A stretch of DNA of 64,000 nt. Origin: Vicugna vicugna. Taxonomy: Eukaryota. Where the stretch lies: positions 1 through 64,000 of the forward strand of contig MU057733.1 in assembly GCA_013265495.1 (NCBI GenBank), written 5' to 3'. Below are positions 35,415 through 46,172 of the stretch, in pieces (position 1 is the stretch's first letter; each line of letters opens with the position of its first letter). A model generated the notes under the pieces. That model saw nothing but the letters and a program-made list of their open reading frames with translations. It was not told the origin of the DNA and did no database searches. The translations under genes were made by a program, and so were the position numbers.

Positions 35415-38400
35415 CAGGCATGTCTCATTTTATTACTCTTCATCGAACACGTATTTTTTACAAAAGCCTTGTGACAACCCTGAGTCCAGCAAGTCTATCA
35501 GTGACACTTTTTCCAACCTCATTTGCTCATTTCTAGTCTCTGTGTCACTTTTGGTAAGTCTTAAAATATTTCCATCTTTATCCTTACCCATTCCTTTAAG
35601 GCAAAGCCCAACCCAGAGAAGTCCCTAACTCTCATTTATTCTATGAAACCAGAGAGAGATACAGAGGCTACAAAAGAAATGTCTGAAGCCAGCAGATTTT
35701 GGTCCATGAAGTTTAAGGAACGATTCCATCTCCACTATATAAATGTGCAAGCAAAGCAGGAAGAACTAATCCAACAGCTGCTGCAAGTTATCCAAGAGAC
35801 CAAGCTAAGACAATTAATGAAGGTGGCTAGACTAAACAACAGGTTTTCAATGCAGAAAATTGGAAGAGGAGACCATCCAGCACTTTCATAGCTGGAGAGA
35901 AGTCAGCACCTGGCATCAAAGCTTCAGTGGACAGGCTGATTTTCTTGGTAGGGGCTAATGCAGCTGGTGACTGTCACTTGAAGCCAATGCTCATTTAACA
36001 TTCTGAAAATCCTACATCCCATAAGAATTATGCAGAATCTACTCTGTGCTCTATAAATGGAACAAAGTCTGGGTGACAGCGCATCTGTTTACAACATGGT
36101 TGACTGATGATTTTAGCCTGCAGTTGAGACCTACTGCTCAGAAAAGGAAAACATTCTGTCAAAATAGTACTGCTCAGTGACTGTGCACCTAGTCACCCAA
36201 AAGCCCTGATGGAGATGTATGAGATAAACACTATTTTCATGCTTGATAACAACATCCATTCTGCAGCCTGTGGATCCAGGAGTCATTTTGACTTTCAAGT
36301 CTTATTATTTAAGAAATACATTTTGTAAGGCTATAGCTGCCACCTATAGTGATACCACTGATGCCATGGTTTCAATAGCATTGGTTCACTCCATGACTTC
36401 ATGTCACATTTCTGTAATCTTGCAATATATCCCCATCTTTATCATTGTAAAGAAATAAAATATATTTGTTGAGGTGACCGGGGATCAGTGATTGTTCATG
36501 TGACTTTTGCAACTATTTTGGAGCCCCACAAACTGTTCCCAATAAGAGACATCAAACTTAACTGATAGATGTTGTGTGTGTTCTAACTGCTCCACAAACC
36601 ATCTCTTCCCTCATTTCCCCCTTTCCCTTCAGGCCTCCCTATTCCTTGAGACAAAACAATGTTGAAATTAGGCCAATTAACAACCTTACATTGTACTCTA
36701 TGAGTTCAAATGAAAGAAGGTGTAGCATATTTCTCACTTTATGTTAAAAGCTAGAAATGATCAAGCTTAGTGAGGAAGGCATGTCAAAAGATGAGATAGG
36801 CAGAAAGCTAGGCCTGTTTCCCCAAACAGATATCCAACTTGTGAAGGCAAAAAACAAACAAACAAACAAACAAACAAAACCTGAAGCAAATTAAAGTTTT
36901 ACTCTTGTGAACACGAGAATGATAAAAGGAACAGCCTTAAAGCAGATCCAGAGAAAGTTTCACTGGTCTGGACAGAAGATCAAGCCAGCCACAACATTCC
37001 CCTAAGTCAAAGTCTAATCTGAAGAAGGCCCTAAGTCTCTTCAATTGTATGAAAACTGAGAGGGGAGGAAGCTGTGGAAGAAAAGTGTGAAGCTTATGGA
37101 GGTTGGTTCATGAGATTTAAGTAAAGACGCCGTCTCCATCACATAAAAGTGCAAGGTGAAGCAGAAAGTGTTGGTGCAGAAGCTGCAGAAAGTCATCCAG
37201 AAGGTATGGCTAAGATCATTAAAGGAGATGGCTAAACTAAACACCAGGTTTTCATTACAGACGAAACAGCCTTACATTGGAAGAAGACACCCCCTAGAAC
37301 TTTCACGGCTAGAAAGAAGTTAATGCCTGGCTTCAAAGCTTCAAAACAGGCTGAGTCTCTTGTTAGTCTCTTGTTAAAATGCACTTAGTCAGTTTAAGTT
37401 TTGAAGCCAATGCTCACTTACCATTCTGAAGATCCTAGGGCCCTTAAAAATTATGCTAAATCTACTCTGCCTCTGCTCTGTAAATGAAACAACAAAGCCT
37501 GCATGACAGCACAACTGGTTACAACACGGATGACTGAGTATTTTAAGTCCACTGTTTAGACCTTCTGATCAGAAATAAACATTCTTTTCAAAATATTACT
37601 GCTCACTGACAACTCACCTGGTCACCCAAGAGCGCTAATGGAAATGATATTAATGCTGTTTTCATGGCTGCTAACACAATATCCATTATGCAGCCCATGG
37701 CTCGAGCAGTAATTTGACTTTCAGGTCTTAGTATTTAAAAAATAGATTCTGTAAGGCTATCGCTGCCATACATAGCAACTTCTCTGATGGATCTCAACAA
37801 AGCAAACTGAACGAATTCTCCATTTTAGATGCCACTTAGGAATATGAGTGGCGTCAGGAGAGGGGAAAGTATCAACAGACAGGGAAGTTTGCAACAGGCT
37901 GATTCCAGTCCTCATGGATGACTCTGAGGCGTTCAGACTTCACAGCAGGAAGTAATTGCAGATGTGTGCAAATAACAAGAAACTAGAATTAGAAGTGAAT
38001 CCTGAAGATGTGACTGAACTGCTGAAATCTCATGATAAAACTTTCAGAAATGAGAAAGTGCTTCTTAAGGATGAGCAAAGAAAGTGGTTTCCTGAGATGG
38101 AATCTACTCCTGGTGAAGAGGTGAAGACTGTTGAAGTGGAAGAATGGAGTTGGAACAGCATATAAACTCAGCTGATAAAGCAGCAGCGGGGTTCAGAAGG
38201 GTTGACCACAATTGTGAACGAAGTTCTACTGTGTTTACCAAACAGCACTGCATGCTACAGAGCAATTGTTCACGAAAGGAAAAGTCAGCTGATGCTGTGG
38301 CAAACTTCCTTTTGCCTTAAGAAATTGCTAAAATAAAAGAAAAGAAATTGCTACAGCCACTCTATCCTTCAACAAGTAGCACCCTGATCCGTCAGCGGCC

Positions 38401-38676
38401 CTCAACATCGATCCAAAACAGTCCACCAACAAAAAGATGATTCTCTGAGGCTCAGACGATGGTTAGTAGTTTTCAGCAGTAAAGTATTTTTTACCAAAGG
38501 TATGTACATTTTTTTAAACATAATGCAATTGCTTACCTTAATAGACTACAGAATACTGTAAACACACCTTTTATACTATATGCACTGGGAAACCAAAAAA
38601 CTCATGAGACCCACTTTGTTGTGGTAGCCACTGTGGGGGCCCAGAACTAAGCCTGCAATACCTCCCGGGAAGGCTG
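35415..38676 (+). mobile_element. Tigger1 (Tc1/mariner-pogo) DNA transposon, near full length with an internal duplicated segment
   Basis: TA|caggcat start and ggctg|TA end; decayed transposase motifs ([46 protein letters not shown]). Confidence 0.9.
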
Positions 38677-38709
38677 TACACGGGGTTTTCTTCCCAACAA
38701 GGAACATAC

Positions 38710-38782
38710 CTTCCAGGCTGCATTCATGAGATGTCAAGGCTCTGTGCTTCGAATCCTCAAATCCTGCCCTCAGAATGCTTGA
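38710..38782 (-). CDS. MIA3: MIA3-like exon, open
   Basis: SSILRAGFEDSKHRALTSHECSLE vs [25 protein letters not shown]; phase 0 to 1; cag/gtatg; 73 bp. Confidence 0.72.
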
Positions 38783-38982
38783 CTGCAAGACAGATTTGAG
38801 AAAGCATATTCAACAAGACTGTACACATGTGAATGTACTTAACACTAACACAATGTAGACTTGAAAATCATTGTTGTGGTAAATTTTAAGTTTTTTAAAA
38901 ATAAGAAACTTAAAAAAGGAATAATCATAGCCTGGGATCAGATCTCTGATTTATATAATCTTTAAAACATACATTTTGTTAC

Positions 38983-39069
38983 CTGATCCTTCTCGTTCTC
39001 AAGCTGAGCATTTTTCTTCTGGACATGATGTTCTTTACTGACATGAACTCCATGAAGGGAGAACTGAAC
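38983..39069 (-). CDS. MIA3: MIA3-like exon, open (in-frame shortened)
   Basis: VQFSLHGVHVSKEHHVQKKNAQLENEKDQ vs [35 protein letters not shown]; tag/gtaac; 87 bp. Confidence 0.8.
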
Positions 39070-39260
39070 CTAAAACAGTCTCACTAATGACTTAGTTCCC
39101 AAGAACAAAAATCCTCAAGCAGATAACATAGAAATTTAACATTCTAAGACATGACATACTTGTTCTTCATCAAAGCTAAGCTGTACAACAGAACTCTGTA
39201 GCTAACAAAGTTAATTTACATCTGGAATTTCTGAGATGTTCATTTCAGTAACAACTTTCA

Positions 39261-42200
39261 GGGCAGGGTGGTGGGGGTTAGTGCCAAGACAGCCGAGTAG
39301 AAGGATGCTCTTAGCTCACCCTCTCCCACAAATACCTCAAGAGATACATCTGCAGACCCACCCATTCGCTCTGAACCCCTGCTGAACTTTGGCAGAATAT
39401 CTCTTACTTCAAAAGAAAAAATTTCTCACAGCAGCTGCTTGGCTGACAAAACTGACAGAAACCAACACAAAGGGTCCCTGCGATCAATCCTCAGCTCTGC
39501 ACACAAGCTGGTAGGGGTGGGCCAGAACTGGCTGCTGGAGGCCGGGTAGAGGGCTAGGGCCGACTGTGCAGAGGCAGTCTCAGGTGGCTGGGGTGTGCTG
39601 TAGGTGGTGGTTGGGGGTGTATACAGAACAGAATAGCCTGGGATCCCCACAAAAAAGCAACACTGCTGGTGCACATGGGGGTGAGGGGTGCAACAGAGCC
39701 AGGCCATAGCCACTGTCTCCCAAGCTCATAGCAACACTGTTGATGCATTCTCATGAGACGAGAGGTGGGGTTCAGTCAAGCCATCATACTAGCTGGTGCA
39801 GGGCTCCTGGGTGGAGGTGGGTGAAACCTGAATCCATACCCAAGGGCCCTGCAACTTCACAGGCGAGACTGAGATTTCTTTGCAGCCCCAGGCAGAGGGG
39901 GCGGATTTGGTCCATGGGTGCCTTTGTGGGCACGTGCCTTTAGGACAAGTGAGCAAAGAGCAGAGTTCTGGTGCACCGCACAGGCACAGGCAGCCTTTTC
40001 AGCAGATCTGCATAACGTATGCAGACTTGGCACTGGGGATGGTGCTGACCCAGTAACACACCACGGACCCACATGTGTGATTGCACTATCACTGTGGTAG
40101 GTCCTAGTGCCGGATGTTGGCAGATCTGCACTGCTGGCTCTGAGGGCACACATCTGTAAAACAAACAAGCAACAAGTAGAGTTCTGGTGCACCACAGGGA
40201 TGGGTACAGGTACAGTGTTTTCAGTGGACCTGTGTACTGTACATAGACTGGGTGCTGGGAATGGTGCTGACCCGGTAAATGGACCTTGGATCCACTACAT
40301 AAGCAAGAGAAGAGACATAAATCACATGATCACCTCAATAGATGCAGAAAAAGCATTTGATAAAATTCAACACCCATTTATGATAAAAACTCTTTGCAAA
40401 GTGGGTATAAAGAGAACATATCTCGATGGAATAAAAGCTATTTATGGCATCCCACAGCCAGCATAATACTCAACAGTGAAAAGCTGAAAGCCTTCCCACT
40501 AAAATCTGGAACAAGACAAGGATGCCAATTTTCACCATTTCTACTCAACATAGTCTTGAAAGTCCTAGCCACAGCAATCAGGCAAGAGAGAAATAAAAGG
40601 GATCCTAGTTGGAAGAGAAGAGGTAAAATTATCACTATTTGCAAAAAACATGATACTATATATAGAAAACCCTAAAAGCACCACACAAAAACTACTAGAG
40701 CTGATAAAAGAATTCAACAGGGTTGCAGGATAGAAGATTAACAGGCAGAAGTCAGTTGCATTTCTTTACATTAACAATAAAAAAATCAGAAAAAGAAAGT
40801 AAAGAAACAACCCCTTTTAAAATTGCATCCAAAACAATAAAATACTTAAGAGTAAATCTGACCAAAGAGGTGAAAGACTTGTATGTGGAGAACCACAAAA
40901 CATTGATTAAGAAAATTAAAGATGACTTAAAGAAATGGAAAGATATCCCATGCTCTTGGATTGGAAGAATCAATATTGTTAAATGGCCATACTGCCCCAG
41001 GCAATCTACAGATTTAATGCAATCCCTAGCAAATTACCCAGGATATTTTTCACAGAACTAGAACAAATAATCCTAAAATTTATGTGGAATCACAAAAGAC
41101 CCAGAATTGCCAAAGCATTACTGAAGAAAAGGAACAAAGCTAGAGGAATAACACTCCCAGACTTCAGATAATCCTATAGAGATACAGTAATCAGAACAGT
41201 GTGGTATTGGCACAAAAACAGACATGTGGATCAGTAAGACAGAACAGAGAACCCAGAAATAAACCCACAGACATACAGTCAATTAATCTTTGACAAAGGA
41301 GAAAAGAATATACAATGGAGAAGAGACAGTCTCTTCAGTAAGTGGTGTTGGGAAAACTGAGTAGCAGCATGTAAATTAATGAAGTTAGAACACTCCCTCA
41401 CACCATACACAAAAATAAAGTCAAAATGGCTTATAGACTTAAATATAAGACAAGACACTATAAACCTCCTAGAAGGAAACATAGGCAAAACATCCTCTGA
41501 CATAAATCTTAGCAATGTTCTCCTAGGGCAGTCTACCCAGGCAATAGAAATGAAAGCAAAGATTAACAAATGGGACTTAAGTGAACTTATAAGCTTTTGA
41601 CAGCAAAGGAAACTATAAACAAAATAATAAGACAACTTATGCAATGGGAGAAAATATTTGCAAATGATGTGACTGACAAAGTTTTAATTTCCAGAATATA
41701 TGAACAGCTCATACAAGTTAATAACAAAAAAACAAACAACCCAATCCAAAAATGGTCAGAAGACCTAAGCAAGCAGTTCTCCAATGAAGACATGCAAATT
41801 GCTGATAGGCACATGAAGAAATGCTCAATATTCCTAATTATATGAGAAATGCAAATCAAAACCACAATAACGTATCACCTCACACTAGTCAGAGTGGCCA
41901 TCATTCAAAAGTCCACAAACGATAAATGCTGGAGAGGCTGTGGAGAGAAGGGAACCCTCCTACACTGGTGGTGGGAATTTAGTTTGATGTTGCCATTATG
42001 GAAAACAGTATGGAGAGTCCTCAAAAAACTAAAAATAAACTTACCATATGATCCAGCAATCCCACACCTGGGCATATATCCAGAGGGAACTCTAATTCTA
42101 AAAGATATATGCACCCCAATGTTCATAACAGCACTATTTACAATAGCAAAGACATGGAAACAACCTAAATGTCCATCGACAGATAACTGGATAAAGAAGT

Positions 42201-43279
42201 TGTGGTTTGTTTATACAATGGAATACTACACAGCCAACAAAAAAAATAAAATAATGCCCTTTGCAGCAACATGGATGGACCTGGAGATTGTCATTCTAAG
42301 GGAAGTAAGTCAGAAAGCAAAAGGAAAATACCATATGATATCACTTACATGTGGAATTTAAAAAAGGAAAAAGAAGACACTAAGGAACTCATCTACAAAA
42401 CAGAAACTTATCTACAAAACAGAAACAGACTTGCAGACATAGTAGACAATCTTATGGTTACCGGCGTGGGGAGGAGTGAGTGGGAAGGGATAAATTTGTG
42501 AGTTCGAGATTTGCAAATATTAACTGCTATGTATAAAAATAGATTTAAAAAGCATATTTCTTCTGTATAGCACAGGGAACTATATTCAATACCTTGTAAT
42601 AATATTTAATAAAAAAAGAACAAGAAAATGAATATATGTATATATATACATATACATAAATACATATACATACACACATATATGTATGAGTGGGACATTA
42701 TGCTGTATACATGGATAAAGAAGTTGTGGTTTGTTTATACAATGGAATACTACACAGCCAACAAAAAAATAAAATAATGCCCTTTGCAGCAACATGGATG
42801 GACCTGGAGATTGTCATTCTAAGGGAAGTAAGTCAGAAAGCAAAAGGAAAATACCATATGATATCACTTACATGTGGAATTTAAAAAAGGAAAAAGAAGA
42901 CACTAAGGAACTCATCTACAAAACAGAAACTTATCTACAAAACAGAAACAGACTTGCAGACATAGTAGACAATCTTATGGTTACCGGCGTGGGGAGGAGT
43001 GAGTGGGAAGGGATAAATTTGTGAGTTCGAGATTTGCAAATATTAACTGCTATGTATAAAAATAGATTTAAAAAGCATATTTCTTCTGTATAGCACAGGG
43101 AACTATATTCAATACCTTGTAATAATATTTAATAAAAAAAGAACAAGAAAATGAATATATGTATATATATACATATACATAAATACATATACATACACAC
43201 ATATATGTATGAGTGGGACATTATGCTGTATACCAGAAATTGACACATTGTAAGTGACTATTCTTCAGTTAAAAAAAAA
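39261..43279 (+). mobile_element. L1 LINE with 5' UTR, large internal deletion (ORF1 and N-terminal ORF2), decayed RT/C-terminal ORF2, duplicated 3' end and poly(A)
   Basis: G-rich 5' end with caagacagccgagtagaagga; ORF2 motifs [56 protein letters not shown]-tail 43271-43279; degenerate TSD cagtaacaactttca / aaataacacctttaca. Confidence 0.93.
42188..43233 (+). repeat. Near-perfect ~523-bp tandem duplication of the L1 3' region
   Basis: Identical ORFs at 42271-42501 and 42794-43024; the only difference noticed is A8 vs A7 in one run. Confidence 0.95.
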
Positions 43280-43956
43280 GAAATAACACCTTTACAAATA
43301 CTCTGTAGATTTTTCCTTTCCACTGTGTGCATGTAGGATGGAAACATAACATGTACTAGGATTTCAAAAGAAACACTAGGCCATGTGCTAAAAAGAAATG
43401 TCTAGTAGCACATCCCATACCAGCCTTTGTGTCATTAAAGCAGCTGATCTAGTTTGGGCCAAAGAGAAAAGTCAAACACATGGAAGTTGTAAGAAGGTAT
43501 AAATAGTTCATGGGAAGTTGAATTTCCTGCTTTCAAGACAATGGATTAGTCAACTGAGTGACAAGGCTAAATAAAGGTCTGAAATCTTTCAAGCCATGCA
43601 GCTTAAATGAATGAGTTTTCCTAGTGAAAGATACGTACTGTGCCCAGATTCACTGTGAAAATTCTCTGCTTTTATTAAGAGGGGTAGGACTGTTCAATGT
43701 GGCTTGAAATCTATAGGATTCTCTTCTACAGTTTCTCAGTTCTATTTTTCTTAAAGGGTAGTGCTAAACTATATAAAAATTACCCAGGTTCGTGAATGAA
43801 ATTATTCCTAGGCCCTTAAATTTAAAAAAAAGAAATGTTACTGTGGTATTAATACTTGAAATGAGCAGCATGGAAGAATGCAGGGTCTAATTCACCCAAC
43901 ACACAAAAAAGCCTCAGAAACCAAATGACAGTAACACTGAGTGGCAAAATTCTCAC

Positions 43957-44067
43957 CAAGTTCCGATTCTTGACACTCTGATCTCTCTTAGATTGCAGTT
44001 CAGTATGTATATCTTGAATGACATCATCAAGGATTTCATTCATCTTCTCAAGTGTTTTGATATCATC
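43957..44067 (-). CDS. MIA3: MIA3-like coiled-coil exon, open
   Basis: DDIKTLEKMNEILDDVIQDIHTELQSKRDQSVKNRNL vs [37 protein letters not shown]; 111 bp; tag/gtgag. Confidence 0.9.
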
Positions 44068-44166
44068 CTACAAGAAAACACAGAGGTCAGTAATAGCCAC
44101 TCATTACTTTACTTCTGTTTTAGTGGTCTGTAATCTCAGAAAAAGAAGGGTTTTTGTTTTTTTAAC

Positions 44167-44244
44167 CTTAAATCTATGTACTTCATTGGAGAGAATCTTA
44201 TTTTCCCTCATGGCTTCTTTAGTACATTTCTTTATTTCGTTGAT
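44167..44244 (-). CDS. MIA3: MIA3-like coiled-coil exon, open
   Basis: INEIKKCTKEAMRENKILSNEVHRFK vs [26 protein letters not shown]; 78 bp; tag/gttaa. Confidence 0.87.
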
Positions 44245-44505
44245 CTATACAATTATGTAAGAATGGATTCAGAAATCAAAACCATTAATTATAGCAAAAC
44301 CGATCTCCTGTGGGTGAGTCCTTACAGAAACAAAGAAAACAGTACTTTACGTGGGTATGATGTTTGCTTTGAACGGGCAAATATAATGAATATAATGAAA
44401 CGGAACACCAGGAGGAAAGAAGAGACAGTGAAGTCAGTGAGCTAGAAGGAGGCAGACGTCCTTCAAGGGGAGGCCATGAGAATGGGAATGAAGGGATGAT
44501 TATGC

Positions 44506-44594
44506 CTTCTGTGTGCACCTGCATATTTCTTCTACAAGTTCTGAGTTTTCGTTCATGCAATGCTTGATCGCCTCAGAAATTCGGTATAAATTAA
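44506..44594 (-). CDS. MIA3: MIA3-like coiled-coil exon, open, GC donor
   Basis: VNLYRISEAIKHCMNENSELVEEICRCTQK vs [30 protein letters not shown]; 89 bp; in-frame ATG at 44556-44554. Confidence 0.87.
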
Positions 44595-46150
44595 CTAAAA
44601 AGAGATAAAAAAAAAACAATCTCTAATATTATCACCAAAACAAGCAAAATCAGATTACCCCAACATTTCAAAAGCAAAGCCACATTATCCTGGTACTCTG
44701 AGCAAAAATATCCTTTCAGCATTACTGTGATCCCTGAAGAAGGCAAATTTAGTTAGTAGCATTTTAAATGTAAAAAACAAATGTGAAGGTAAGAACTCTA
44801 TTAAAGTGAGATTCCTATTCAACCTTTCTTCAAAAATGGGGAAACACAATACAATGTCTCCACCTAATATCACATCATTAAGGAACATACAGCTTAGAAA
44901 ATGTCAACGGTTCAAATAGCACCTCCATCAATAGATACAGAAGAGAAAAAAATCAAACACCCTATGTACTTAAATGTTGTCCTCCTGTCACCAATAAAGT
45001 AAGCAGATTGTTGCAACTGCTTTAAAAAATCAAAAGAAAGAAGAAAATTCCTGACTTCTTCCAGATTTTCCCCACCTCCACCCACAGTTTAAATTACCCA
45101 GAGAAATCTTTCTAATACCACTTGCTTGGTTACTCAGACCTCCAATGTCTTCCTGCTGCCCAGAAAATTTCCTTTCATAAGAACCAGGGTGGGTGGCTTG
45201 GAAGGACACAGCTGTTGGAATCACACACCTTTGGGTACAACCTTGGCTTTACCACTTACTTGCTGAGAACACGAACACCTTACAATCTGAGTCACAAGGG
45301 TCATCAGCCCCAGACGCGAAGGTTTTCATGCACCGTGTAGGTAAACACTCGCCTTACAGGTGGATAACACCATGGAAAGCCCCGAGAGCAGGGACCAGGA
45401 TGCCACAACCTCCTGCCAGGCATTTAATTATATTGTCTGACCCCAAAGTACAGACTTACCCTCTATCTTAACAACGTGACATCTCTGCTGCCCTGAGGTC
45501 ACACCTCTCTATACCCTACCCTGGGGGTGCACTTCGCCACAAGAAACACCCGCATTCGAGGACCTAATAAATGTGTGCCAGACGGCTGTCCTGCCTCCCC
45601 ACACACAGCTCCACATAACCGTCACAGCCTGGGAAGCCTGCACAGACCTCATTATCCGCATTTTACATCCTTTCATTTCCACTCATTCGTTAGTGACATT
45701 GAAGCTCCTTCCACTGAGGACTCAACGCATAGTTGAAGCCTCTGCTGTGACACACACTTTGACTGGCGATACCTGTCTTCATCTCTAAGCCGTAAGTTTG
45801 ATAACCTCAGACAGTATCGTAATCTTTACACTTCCCCGTGAGCCAGGTCAGGCCAAAGTACTTCCCTCAAACTTCAGACTCACCAGATTCCCTAACTTTT
45901 CTAAATGGAATTAAATGCACCCGCTTCTTCCTACCAGTGTGACCTGTTCCTTCTCCTGGGCTCCTGTCTCAACAGGTGGTGACTCAATCCTAAAATGCTG
46001 TCATTTAGGCCACAAACCAGGAAAAGTAAAATTATGAAGAGGCAAATTAGACCTGAGAAGTCAAGGTATTTACATCCACTCAAATTAGAACCAACACAAA
46101 CACCTGTACTGAGAAAATATTACAAAGAAAACAGAAGCCTGAAATCGTAC

Positions 46151-46172
46151 CTTGAAATATTTGAGGCTTTAC
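46151..46172 (-). pseudogene. MIA3: MIA3-like 22-bp micro-exon, acceptor mutated (AA)
   Basis: VKPQIFQ+G vs VKDRVYQ+G; donor gtacg; preceded by tctcttctaa. Confidence 0.7.

Larger units (their letters stand above)
39220..43327 (-). pseudogene. MIA3: MIA3-like exon ([24 protein letters not shown] equivalent) split by an L1 insertion
   Basis: 5' half at about 43327-43280 (KSTEYL..GVI); 3' half at 39260-39220 (KVVTEMNISEIPD|gtaaa); the overlap forms the TSD. Confidence 0.72.
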
